This document shows, in pieces, positions 47,591 to 57,270 of a DNA stretch of 64,000 nucleotides (position 1 is its first letter; each line of letters begins with the position of its first letter). Under the pieces are notes generated by a model. It was not told where the DNA came from. It saw only the letters and a list, made by a program, of their open reading frames with translations, and did no database searches. Location: sequence record LR756504.1, one strand, 5' to 3'. Made by a program: the position numbers and the translations under genes.

Positions 47591-47809
47591 TTACTGTAAA
47601 ACTTTCAAATTATAAACATCTTTAATACTTTTACATGGTAAAGGTGTATATATACCATTGGGTTTAGATAAAAGGTGTTCATTTAGCTTATCCATTGCAT
47701 CTTGCTTAGATGTAGCTTTTACGATAGTTTCACCATATTCATATCTATCTGTTACGAAGTATTGATGCATTATTTTATACATTCCTTCTTCTTCTATAAA
47801 TTGTACCAT
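47591..47809 (-). CDS. Hypothetical protein
   Basis: Has its own promoter at 47830. Confidence 0.7.
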   Translation of the reverse strand: MVQFIEEEGMYKIMHQYFVTDRYEYGETIVKATSKQDAMDKLNEHLLSKPNGIYTPLPCKSIKDVYNLKVLQ

Positions 47810-47829
47810 AATGTTTTTGTTTTATAATA

Positions 47830-47861
47830 CAAAGATAAAAAGAATTGTAGTCTAATACAAA
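47830..47861 (-). promoter_or_regulatory. Bacteroidota-type promoter
   Basis: TTTG-N20-TATCTTTG. Confidence 0.85.
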
Positions 47862-47881
47862 CTTTTTTAACATTTTTTCTA

Positions 47882-47889
47882 TATAAATA
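47882..47889 (+). promoter_or_regulatory. T4-late-type TATAAATA element
   Basis: Exact T4 late consensus 4 nt before ATG 47894. Confidence 0.4.
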
Positions 47890-47893
47890 GATT

Positions 47894-48073
47894 ATGGAAG
47901 AAAATGATGATTGGTATGATATTGCCATAAGTATTAAAAGAAATAGAGAAGCGTGGCTTCATCCAGAAATAACATTAGAAAGAAAATTAGTGGAAGAGCT
48001 TACAAAAGAAATTGATAGACAAATTCTACAAGATTTAATGGCTATGGGCGATATGGATATTGAAAATTTATAA
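47894..48073 (+). CDS. 59-aa protein with a gp23-like helix (not in ORF track)
   Basis: Hand translation: ...LERKLVEELTKEIDRQILQDL...DIENL*. Confidence 0.6.
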   Translation: MEENDDWYDIAISIKRNREAWLHPEITLERKLVEELTKEIDRQILQDLMAMGDMDIENL

Positions 48074-48203
48074 AAATTTAATTGGTAGAGATTTAAACTC
48101 TACGACAGGTCTGGGTATCCTTTGTGTACCTGAGTCAAACAGGATATATTATGGTTGATATATGGGTTAGTCTTTTTATTACTACTTCCCTACAATTAAA
48201 TTC

Positions 48204-49002
48204 TTACAAATTATAAAGATTTGGATACTTATCTTTCATTTTTTTAGTCCATTCTAATGCTTCTCTTCTTCTCCGCGTTAAATCTATTTTAGAATACCTT
48301 CTAACAACTGTCAGATTAGTTTTAATTAATACCTTATATGGTACATCACAGTTGGATATAATCCAATGGTAAATGGTTTCATATTTCTTAGGGATAAAGA
48401 ATGAACATACATCTTCATAATTTCGAGAAATATGTATTCCCGTAATTTCTTCAATTTCATCCAAAGCACAATCGTTCGCATCTGTCAAGTAAGTACGATA
48501 CCATTCATCTCTTAACTTACCAGTGATTTGCTCTATCACTAACCATTTGAATTCTATGAAAGCTTTTACTCTATCATAACAATGTTTATTATAAGCTTCA
48601 ATATTTCCCAATTTAAGTTTTTCATCACCACCACATTTCACTTTGATGATGAAATAATCACTACATTTTATCATAAAACAATGTTATTGTATATTTGTTT
48701 TTCTATAGAAATAATTTTTTCGTTTTTCTGTATGTTTAGTAGATATCTTACATTTCTTCATCACGATCACGTTGAGCATCCAATTTAACTTCTTCTTTAA
48801 TAGATTCAATGGCTTCATCCAAAGGTATTACCTTATAATTATTGGATAACATCCACCCGTAGGCGGTTTTCATTTTTTCATTACTTTTAATACATTCAGA
48901 TTCAGCAAGAGTTTTATCAGTGAATATTTCAGAAATATCATAATCACCTTGTCTGAACACTACAAATACTTCTGTATAAGCCGAAAATAATTTCTTTCCC
49001 AT
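48204..49002 (-). other. Two hypothetical CDS (48204-48674, 48748-49002)
   Basis: Operon behind the 49827 promoter. Confidence 0.65.
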
Positions 49003-49220
49003 TATTGTAATGTGTTTATTTTAGATTTTCTATTATTCAATCTACGTAAAAGTTCACTGGATAGGATATCTATCCATTTATCTTTTCCTCCTAAATAATC
49101 AATTGGTATTCTTACGTTCCCAATACCATTAAAACAATCAATAACAGAATTGATGTGTTCATTACTCATTTGAGATACAGGTATATGATTATCGTTTGCA
49201 GTAATCCAAATTGCTCCCAT
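49002..49220 (-). CDS. C-terminal-tag protein
   Basis: Ends NNRKSKINTLQ*. Confidence 0.75.
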   Translation of the reverse strand: MGAIWITANDNHIPVSQMSNEHINSVIDCFNGIGNVRIPIDYLGGKDKWIDILSSELLRRLNNRKSKINTLQ

Positions 49221-49822
49221 TAGTTTTTAGTTTTATTTGAATTGATTCTATCTTGAATTGCTCTATGTAAACCACTTGCATATTTCTTAAAATCATCCAC
49301 ATTGACAGGTTTAATTTCTCTATTAAACCATTCGGATTCAGTCATTTTTTCGAGATTGACAAACTCGTCATGCTTTAAATTACTAACAATATGTTTACTA
49401 TGTGTGATTACCAAAATACCACAATTTACTTCTTTGATTTTTTCATTCAAATATTGAGCTAAACCAACTTGAAGTTCTTCACCTAAGCCAATTTCAGGTT
49501 CATCAATAACAATGAAATCGGGATTCGTTTGTTTGAACACTGAATCAATTGTATGGATAGTATTATCAGAGGTAGCTAACCAATCCAAATCATGACACAT
49601 AGTACTCAATGCACCCATCATAGGATTACTCTTAGTTCTAATTTCTTGGGAAGCTTGTGGAATATGAACTTTCTTTTTATTCAACACTTGCTCAAGATTA
49701 GTGCTCAAAAGCTTTCTAATCAATGATTTACCACTAGCATTTCTACCAGTAAGTATAGTAACCTTATCATGTGAGATTTTGATATTGCTGATATAGTTAA
49801 TATGTTCATCGAAATTTTCCAT
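49220..49822 (-). CDS. Stand-alone ABC-type ATPase (second copy)
   Basis: GRNASGKS, VIDEPEIGLG, ITHS. Confidence 0.85.
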   Translation of the reverse strand: MENFDEHINYISNIKISHDKVTILTGRNASGKSLIRKLLSTNLEQVLNKKKVHIPQASQEIRTKSNPMMGALSTMCHDLDWLATSDNTIHTIDSVFKQTNPDFIVIDEPEIGLGEELQVGLAQYLNEKIKEVNCGILVITHSKHIVSNLKHDEFVNLEKMTESEWFNREIKPVNVDDFKKYASGLHRAIQDRINSNKTKN

Positions 49823-49826
49823 GATA

Positions 49827-49858
49827 CAAAGGTACTAAAACTTGTATGTAAATACAAA
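49827..49858 (-). promoter_or_regulatory. Bacteroidota-type promoter, leaderless
   Basis: TTTG-N20-TACCTTTG-N4-ATG. Confidence 0.88.
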
Positions 49859-49883
49859 TATATATGTAAATATATTTTTAATA

Positions 49884-50531
49884 ATGAAATATTTAAAGAT
49901 TTTCGAAGATTACAACTTTCTTTTCTATCTAAATGAAATTGAAGAAACTTACTTTTCACCATATTCAAAGATAGTTTTAGATACTAATACAGAAGGATAT
50001 ATAATAACTAATAAAATTGCGCATGTTGGTGCTAGAATAGCATTTATTAAGAACTCTACAGAAGCTTTAAGAGATGGCTTATTTCATGAAATGGGACATA
50101 TAGTAATGTTTAAAAATTTAGAAAGATTAAAAATGAGTAATTTTGGATTTGATTATTCAACAAAGGATAATTTAGGTTATAATGTTCCAATATCATGGAA
50201 TGGTATTAAAAATGAATGTAAAGCTATTATATGGCAATCAATTATATGTAAAAAATATGATATTCATTTTAACATTAATGACTTCGTTAAAGCATTAAAA
50301 TATATGGAAGATTTTACAAATGTTCCTTTAAAAGGGTGTTTTAAAAATGAATATAGATGGTATTATAATATAGAATTTACAGAAGAAGTTAATTATAGAG
50401 ATTCAGATAAATTGAGACTTGAAACTATTAAGGATTATGTACATAATGAATCAAATAATAGTGAATATACAATAATTAATTTTGATAAAAGATGGAGCAT
50501 TAGATGTCAGTGGTTAGAAGACAACTTATGA
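49884..50531 (+). CDS. HExxH metallopeptidase-like protein with MKYLKIFE tag
   Basis: MKYLKIFEDY; LFHEMGHIV...KNECKAI. Confidence 0.7.
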   Translation: MKYLKIFEDYNFLFYLNEIEETYFSPYSKIVLDTNTEGYIITNKIAHVGARIAFIKNSTEALRDGLFHEMGHIVMFKNLERLKMSNFGFDYSTKDNLGYNVPISWNGIKNECKAIIWQSIICKKYDIHFNINDFVKALKYMEDFTNVPLKGCFKNEYRWYYNIEFTEEVNYRDSDKLRLETIKDYVHNESNNSEYTIINFDKRWSIRCQWLEDNL

Positions 50532-50570
50532 TATTTTCACAATAATATATAATTAAAAATAACATCAATT

Positions 50571-50753
50571 ATGAAAATAGTAATAATTCAAGTTTTATTA
50601 TTCTTATTGGGAGTAGTATTATTAATCGTAGATGGTAGCGGCGGACATATAGCAAATGCATCATTTATATCGGTATTGGGTATAGTATCTTGTGTGATAG
50701 GTATTGGACTTTCCCAATTATTGGGACTTATAAGTTCATTAAAGAAGAAGTAA
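50571..50753 (+). CDS. Small two-TM protein
   Basis: Hydrophobic; AATATATAA upstream. Confidence 0.6.
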   Translation: MKIVIIQVLLFLLGVVLLIVDGSGGHIANASFISVLGIVSCVIGIGLSQLLGLISSLKKK

Positions 50754-50808
50754 TAAAATGGAGTTTAAACTCCCTTTTATTTTTATATATAGTAAAAATA
50801 GCTATTAT

Positions 50809-51522
50809 ATGGTTTTTAATTTTAACTTACATTCTATACTCGAATCAAAAGAAGCTGATTTTGATAAAGTAATTAAACTTTCTCAAATGAATACTAACAG
50901 AGGAGCTTCCGCTGGCGAAGAAGCAAATGCTATATCTTTAGCAAAGCAATTAGTTAAAAAGAATAATTTCACACGCGAAGATTTTAAAGGTAAAATAGAT
51001 GATGCAATTCTAATTTCAATTTTTGGTAAATTAAAACCATCTGCTAAAAAAGAACATCCATTCGAAAGAGATGAAAGACAATATCAAGAAGATAAATCTA
51101 AGAAAAAAGATTTTATTGATTTAGTAGATGATGAAGGTAAAAAAGTATCATTGAGAAAAATTAAATTAAACTTTGGTGATAAAAATGGTGGTATGTTAGA
51201 TGTATTAATTGAAGATGAATATGATTTATTTGACCAATTTATCAATTCTCCTTTTTATACATTTATGGATTGGGGTAATAATGGTATGCCAACACGCACT
51301 ACAAATTCTCGTATTGATATAGTACATACAAGTTGGTTTGAGCCCGCGGATAAAGGTGCTTTAAGTGCATGGTTTTTTGAAAAAATAACAGGTAAAACTA
51401 TTGGTGGATTTGCATTGTTTCCCACTAAATGGAGATATGATGGTAAAAACTTCACATTCAAAACACCACCTTATCCAATATTATTTATAGTACCAGAAAA
51501 AATTGCAGGAAATTATATGTAA
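50809..51522 (+). CDS. Protein with DUF2786-like N-terminal helices
   Basis: KVIKLSQMNTNRGASAGEEANAISLAKQLVKK; start after the TATATA element. Confidence 0.5.
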   Translation: MVFNFNLHSILESKEADFDKVIKLSQMNTNRGASAGEEANAISLAKQLVKKNNFTREDFKGKIDDAILISIFGKLKPSAKKEHPFERDERQYQEDKSKKKDFIDLVDDEGKKVSLRKIKLNFGDKNGGMLDVLIEDEYDLFDQFINSPFYTFMDWGNNGMPTRTTNSRIDIVHTSWFEPADKGALSAWFFEKITGKTIGGFALFPTKWRYDGKNFTFKTPPYPILFIVPEKIAGNYM

Positions 51523-51526
51523 TATT

Positions 51527-51556
51527 AAAAATGGAGTTTTTAGACTCCTTTTTTAT
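51527..51556. terminator. Bidirectional terminator
   Basis: GGAGT-TTTTAG-ACTCC flanked by A- and T-runs between convergent genes. Confidence 0.7.
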
Positions 51557-52495
51557 TTTTATAAATTTTATTCCAATCAGATACTACAGCATTCCAATCG
51601 GATATTAATGCATCTTTATCAGACTTAAAAATATCACTGCTATTTATATCCATATCTTCATATGTATTATAATTACCCACTATATTAAATATAGAACCCA
51701 TTCCCTTAAAGAAATTGGATATAAAGCTTTTAAATTTCATATTAATATTTTTATTCAAATAATTCACAATCATTTTTATTTATTTTAAAAAAGCTACTCT
51801 TAATTTCCACACTTTAACTTTAAAACTGTTTCTTGAAATGTCTTGAATAATTCAGGCTCATCATCAAAATATTTTAAATAGGTATCTTCCAACTCCATAT
51901 CATCGAGAGCCTTCATAATATAATCACCAACATCATCAGAAAGTAAATCATATATTTTATCTATGATCTCATCAAAGTTACTATCTGTAACATCTTTATA
52001 TTCTCTACCTGTAGAAAAATAACTACCTATCTCTATCTTATTTCTTCCTGAATAATATAAATTATACACAGATTCAGCAGAATAAATTGTTTTCATAGGT
52101 ACATGATATAATGTTATCATACCATTAATACTTCTAACACTTAAAATGGCATCTCTTAATTTGTCTTTTGTTATATTCATATCTTATTTGAAACCTGTTC
52201 TTTTTAGATTCATTATTTGTTTATCACTTATATCAAAAAAAGTTATTTTTAATTTTATTCCAAATCGTTTTATAATATGTCTAATATAGGGTTCTAAGAA
52301 ACTATTTTCTTTATTTTTAATTATAATATAAAGTATATAAACTTTTTCACCTCTTATAAAATCATATGAAAAAACATCATATCCTTTATCAATAATCTCT
52401 ATCCCATCAATAGAAAATTTAGATATTAGACTTTTTGATGTCTTTTCTGCCTTATTGGTTTTTTGAAGTAAAGATACTCTATAATATTTATACAT
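51540..52495 (-). other. Three hypothetical CDS (51540-51773, 51800-52180, 52184-52495)
   Basis: Packed minus-strand ORFs. Confidence 0.65.
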
Positions 52496-52686
52496 TATAA
52501 ATTCAATTTTTCGATTCTTTCTTTTCTTGTTTCTATTTTGGTATCATCAAATTCTAACATACCCAATTGTAAATATTCTTTAATTTCTTTTATACTAATC
52601 ATATGCATTGGAAATGATTCTATTTCACTAGTTATAGCATTTATTGTATAAATTCTACCATCATTACGTAAATAATATTTTTTCAT
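52495..52686 (-). CDS. C-terminal-tag protein
   Basis: Ends ETRKERIEKLNL*. Confidence 0.75.
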   Translation of the reverse strand: MKKYYLRNDGRIYTINAITSEIESFPMHMISIKEIKEYLQLGMLEFDDTKIETRKERIEKLNL

Positions 52687-52688
52687 AA

Positions 52689-53126
52689 TTAATTAAGATG
52701 TCTATTATCTTTGTGTTCTCCTTTAGGTGCATTATTATGTGTCCATAATCTCGCAAAAGGTGTTGTGAAATTATTATTGTAAATCTGTGTATCGTCTATA
52801 TGTAGAGTAATTTCATGATCTCTACAATAGTCTCCTTTAGTTCTATCCCATACATCATCATCAATTTTAGGGATATTGAATTTTACATGATGTCCAATTA
52901 TTTCAGTGCCAATTTCTCTATGGTAATCAAAAATAGAGAAACTATGTGTAAATGGAATATCCAGTTCTTTTAACTTATCAATACACAAAGGTGTCCAAGT
53001 CATACCAGTAATGATATGTACTTCACCACCTTGTGCAATTACAGCTTTAGCTAAAAACGAAATGATTTCTGGTACAGCATCTAATACACCGTGCCAATCA
53101 ATTCCAAGTTTAAAAGATTTGTTCAT
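52689..53126 (-). CDS. HAD-superfamily hydrolase-like protein
   Basis: LGIDWHGVLD (motif I variant), IITG, HIDDT. Confidence 0.7.
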   Translation of the reverse strand: MNKSFKLGIDWHGVLDAVPEIISFLAKAVIAQGGEVHIITGMTWTPLCIDKLKELDIPFTHSFSIFDYHREIGTEIIGHHVKFNIPKIDDDVWDRTKGDYCRDHEITLHIDDTQIYNNNFTTPFARLWTHNNAPKGEHKDNRHLN

Positions 53127-53294
53127 ATTATCTACGATTATATCTTCTTCTTTTTGGTGTTGATAAATTTTCGTCTATTTTATAATATTTACTATTACCA
53201 CTAAATAGTGATTCATATTCAGCTTTTTCGATGTTAGCTAATTCTTCATCAATTGTTCCATTCTCTCTTAATGGGTAACCTTTATTATTTCTTA

Positions 53295-54222
53295 CTACTG
53301 ACATATGCTATTAATTTTACGTTCTAAATATACAATTTTTAATTTAGTACAAGTTATTCCATGTCCTAAACAATCAGATGAATATTTGCTCCACATATTC
53401 TCAAAATTAACCAACTCTGCTTTTAAGTATGTAATTGCTTTTTCAATTGAACCATGTTCTTTCACATCGTTTTCGGCTCTTTCAACTACTTTGTATTTTT
53501 TTTCTTGTTCAGACATAACTAAATTTTTAAACCTATCATTCCTTTACATGGAGATTTTCTATTATTATGACACTCCATAAACTCTATATTCAAATTATTT
53601 TTTACTTTTTTAAGGCCATTGAGTTTAGCTTCAATAGCTTTTTGATTATTTATAGAAGATGCTGTTGAAAACGGACAGCCCGTACATGGTTTATTTTTCA
53701 TTGTTAAGGATTTTGTATTTCCCATTCAGCAATTAATTTATCAATATCAAATATTATTGTATGGTAATATAGCATTTTCTCAGAAGTTTCTAAAGTGAGA
53801 ATCGTATCATTTGTATTGATAAAATATTCTCTCATTATTTCTAATAATACTTCAGGTGTATCGGTGTTCATTTTTTTACAAACTAATTCTCTACATTCTG
53901 TTATTTCCATGAATTCAATTACATCATCAATAATTAATATTTCATTTCCCAACTCCCATGGTTTACTTTCATCACTAATTTTAGAAGAAATTGATATTAA
54001 TTCTTCTTTAAAGTTTTTTAAAATCATTATAAAAATTGGATCCGAATCATGTACTTTATCTGGTAAATTATCTAAAATTAAACACAATAAATTCTTCCTA
54101 ATATCAGAATCTAATGCTTTCATTTCTTCTATAATATCCATACCTTCTTGATATGTTATTGTATCATTTTTAAAATGCTCTTTAATTCTTTCTTCTAACA
54201 TATTTTTAAATTTGTGTTCCAA
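53295..54222 (-). other. Three CDS (53295-53516, 53519-53725 Cys-rich, 53704-54222 with a 41575-like domain)
   Basis: Operon behind the 54781 promoter. Confidence 0.65.
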
Positions 54223-54229
54223 CTATTTA

Positions 54230-54769
54230 TTATGCTTTAATTTTTAATCCTAATTCTTCTAAACCTTTATCATGACAATCTTTAACAGCTTTCATTCCAT
54301 ATTTAGTAGCTATTGATTCAAGTGCTTTTGCGTGATATGCTTCTTATGGTTCAATAATCGCAAACATATCTCTTAAATCATCAGGTGTACTTTTATCTTT
54401 AATAATAACTCTCATTCTTTTCAAAGATAATCCTTCTGCATATGCACCAATGGCTGCTGCTGTTTTTTTATCAACAATACATGGTAATGTATTTCTCCAA
54501 TATCTACCATTCTTAGAAGTCTTTTCATATAAAGAAATTCCTCTATTTTTTATAACTTTCTCTACAATTTCTGCATGATTTTTTTCTTGCATAGCAATAG
54601 TGTAAAAAGTGATATATGCATCTTTATCACCTAAGCAATACGTTTCCGCAAAATGAACAAATCTTTCTTCGGCATCTTTTTCATTATTATAAAGAGATAC
54701 CAACCAATGTTCCAATTTTTCTTTGTCATTAAGACATCTATTCCACCAATCTTCTGTTATACGTTTCAT
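54230..54769 (-). pseudogene. Ferritin-like di-iron protein interrupted by an in-frame TAA at 54344-54346
   Basis: E..E...QEKNH..E; frame continues P*EAYHAKAL (second ExxH) for 38 more codons. Confidence 0.7.
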
Positions 54770-54780
54770 ATATAATTGTA

Positions 54781-54812
54781 CAAAAATACATAAATTTATA
54801 GACAAATACAAA
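54781..54812 (-). promoter_or_regulatory. Bacteroidota-type promoter
   Basis: TTTG-N20-TATTTTTG. Confidence 0.75.
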
Positions 54813-54816
54813 TTTA

Positions 54817-55101
54817 TTATAAATTATTTAAATTGTCTATTTTAGACTTTCTTTCAGATAAAATATCAACTTTATCAAAAAGTCTTGGGTTTATTCCACT
54901 TATTTCACTATGATCAATATCTTCGAATCTTAAAAAACTAACACCAAAACTATAAGGTGTTATTGATTTTATAATGAGAACTTTATCACGTAATGTATCA
55001 GCTATGCGTTTAGATGATTCTCGACTTATATCACCAATTCTACTTTCAATTAATATTACTTTATCACCAATATTAAACTTACACTGATTGTACATCATCA
55101 T
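54817..55101 (-). CDS. KOW-like tagged protein
   Basis: FNIGDKVIL; ends SERKSKIDNLNNL*. Confidence 0.8.
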   Translation of the reverse strand: MMMYNQCKFNIGDKVILIESRIGDISRESSKRIADTLRDKVLIIKSITPYSFGVSFLRFEDIDHSEISGINPRLFDKVDILSERKSKIDNLNNL

Positions 55102-55347
55102 TTTTCTTAGCTATATAATTTTTAACATGTTCATATTTCTTTCTACCTATGATAGTACAGAATAGAGATTGATATGTTTTATCTAAATCGAGTTGATAAA
55201 TTCCTTTATGCTCAATTAAATATATTTCGTGAAATGTGCTTCTTTACGGAACTCGACATCAATTAAATATAGATTGTAATTCTCGTCTTTTATGGTATGA
55301 TTTTGATATCTTTTAATTCTTACGTCTTTGTTTAGCTCTACTTCCAT
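55079..55347 (-). pseudogene. Frameshifted gene, N-terminal paralog of 55602
   Basis: MEVELNKDVRIKR start; 269 nt = 90 codons minus 1; adding one T at about 55233 gives a continuous 89-aa ORF. Confidence 0.55.
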
Positions 55348-55389
55348 TTTAATATTTTTATATTTACAATACAAAATTAGAACCAACTA

Positions 55390-55596
55390 TTAAAGATATG
55401 TAGTCCATGATATTTTTTTATTAACTTTTTCCATTTTTGAGAGATATAACATTTTATTTTTTATTAAAATGCATTCACACCCCACACCAAAAATAGTTAT
55501 AAATGTACATACCCAATTTCCAATTAAAATGAATATTACACCACATACAATGTATCCGAATATTCTTATATAATTTGCAACAAAATACTTTCTCAT
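55390..55596 (-). CDS. Small membrane protein
   Basis: Hydrophobic core. Confidence 0.55.
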   Translation of the reverse strand: MRKYFVANYIRIFGYIVCGVIFILIGNWVCTFITIFGVGCECILIKNKMLYLSKMEKVNKKISWTTYL

Positions 55597-55601
55597 ATTT
55601 T

Positions 55602-55994
55602 TTAGTATAATTTTTCTATTCGAGATTTTCTATCTAACACTTCAACTGATAATAAATAAGAAAAAGTAATAAGTGATGGTTTACCATCACTTATATCAGG
55701 TGAAGTGAATTTGAAATATGATCTATTCGTAAGCTCTTCTATATATCCATTATATTCATTAATTACTGTTGAATTTCTTCTGTTTTGTGTTTTTATTTTA
55801 ATTAATGTATTAGACGTAATATTTCTTAATAAGGTATAAGCTTCTATTCGAAATGCAACATCTTCTTTATAAAGTTTATTATTCTCGGCTATTAATTCTA
55901 AATTTTCTGTTTGACCATCCAAATATTCAGCGTATAGCATCATAGTTATACACTCTTTTCTGATTCTTATATTTTTGTTTAATTCAACTTTCAT
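55602..55994 (-). CDS. C-terminal-tag protein
   Basis: Ends LDRKSRIEKLY*. Confidence 0.8.
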   Translation of the reverse strand: MKVELNKNIRIRKECITMMLYAEYLDGQTENLELIAENNKLYKEDVAFRIEAYTLLRNITSNTLIKIKTQNRRNSTVINEYNGYIEELTNRSYFKFTSPDISDGKPSLITFSYLLSVEVLDRKSRIEKLY

Positions 55995-56006
55995 ATAATT
56001 TTAGAA

Positions 56007-56468
56007 TTAAAGAATCCTTGTTTGTTTATTTTGTTGCATTTTCATTTTTTCTTTTATCTCTCTACTTTCTGTTATCTTTCTATTATATGCCATTTTATTT
56101 TTATAGACTACCCAATAAGATTTTATATTAGGATAATTCTCAACGAAACGTTCTAATGTAATATCATGACCCGAAGCATTGTTATTAAAATAGTAACTAT
56201 GCTTACTTGCATTATATCCATTATACTTATATAAATTAAAATCAAATGTTTCATCCGCAGATTTTCCACTATATGATATTTTAGGAACTGGTTTCCAATG
56301 TCCTTTATCAGTTAAATATTCCAAATATCTATACTCACCATCAGGAGAAACAATTCTATATTGAGTACAATTATTCACTTCATACTTAGACTTAGAGTCA
56401 GAGCTCATCATTTTTAAAGTGACTGATGTTATAAGTAATAAACCTAAAATAATTAATAATATAATCAT
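56007..56468 (-). CDS. Membrane-anchored hypothetical protein
   Basis: N-terminal TM. Confidence 0.7.
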   Translation of the reverse strand: MIILLIILGLLLITSVTLKMMSSDSKSKYEVNNCTQYRIVSPDGEYRYLEYLTDKGHWKPVPKISYSGKSADETFDFNLYKYNGYNASKHSYYFNNNASGHDITLERFVENYPNIKSYWVVYKNKMAYNRKITESREIKEKMKMQQNKQTRIL

Positions 56469-56484
56469 AAATTTTATTTATTTA

Positions 56485-56516
56485 CAAATATAGCAAACTT
56501 TAAACAAACATACAAA
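56485..56516 (-). promoter_or_regulatory. Bacteroidota-type promoter
   Basis: TTTG-N20-TATATTTG. Confidence 0.8.
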
Positions 56517-56539
56517 TTTAAATTAAAAATGTTCACAAA

Positions 56540-56571
56540 TTTGTATGTTTGTAAAATTTTACTTAAATTCG
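56540..56571 (+). promoter_or_regulatory. Bacteroidota-type promoter variant (divergent)
   Basis: TTTG-N20-TAAATTCG. Confidence 0.5.
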
Positions 56572-56716
56572 CCAAATTATTTAAAATATTATAAGAATAA
56601 TACAACTAAGGTATCTAAAAGAGGTGATGTTAGAATGAATTTATCAGAGATTATTGAAGGTGGTGATATAGATGCTCAATTAAAAAAATCAATAGAAAAA
56701 ATAATTAGTAAATAAA

Positions 56717-56748
56717 TTTGTATTTTTCTACAATATTTATTACCTTTG
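56717..56748 (+). promoter_or_regulatory. Bacteroidota-type promoter
   Basis: TTTG-N20-TACCTTTG. Confidence 0.88.
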
Positions 56749-56778
56749 TAATATTAATCAATTAAACAACCTAAAACT

Positions 56779-57267
56779 ATGAAACTATACACAATCTTTA
56801 TGGTACTAATGTCATTTATGATGATGTTATTAAGTACTATGCTTTATTATAAAGTATTTGATATGTCCGAAACAATGGATATTATCGCTAATGTTTTTTC
56901 TGCAACCATTCTAATGATACTTGGAATTGGCGCAACATTTTATAATATTTCTAAACTATATTTCTCTAAAAGTAATAAATTCAAATTGATCAAATTGAAA
57001 TGGAATACAATTTTTAATATCAAAATGGTTATCCTTTGTATTTTATTTATGTCATGTTCAGATAGTAAAATGGAAACTGATTGTAGAGAAAAAACATTAA
57101 ATGAGGTTAAAAGAATATTTCCCAATAGCAAAGTAATATATTACAATAATTATCGTGGTTATAATTATATAGTATCTGATACTATTAATGTAATGAAAGT
57201 ATCATGTTCATGTTTGAACAATGGTAGTACGGTAATATTCCATATAGAAGTACTTGAACAAAAGTAG
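56779..57267 (+). CDS. Membrane protein with a C-terminal domain shared with 35793
   Basis: Two to three TMs; C.EK....KRIFP.S..I.Y..Y.Y.V.D...V.C.C. Confidence 0.7.
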   Translation: MKLYTIFMVLMSFMMMLLSTMLYYKVFDMSETMDIIANVFSATILMILGIGATFYNISKLYFSKSNKFKLIKLKWNTIFNIKMVILCILFMSCSDSKMETDCREKTLNEVKRIFPNSKVIYYNNYRGYNYIVSDTINVMKVSCSCLNNGSTVIFHIEVLEQK

Positions 57268-57270
57268 TCT

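Noticed and set aside
15523-54811. Long N-terminal extensions in the ORF track (to 15570, 39546, 41368, 49842, 50758, 54811)
   Set aside because: Each extension spans a promoter or terminator; internal ATGs match the family or domain starts.
56635-56715. 26-aa ORF MNLSEIIEGGDIDAQLKKSIEKIISK as a free tag peptide
   Set aside because: It lacks the invariant Arg and is too short to support without translation data.
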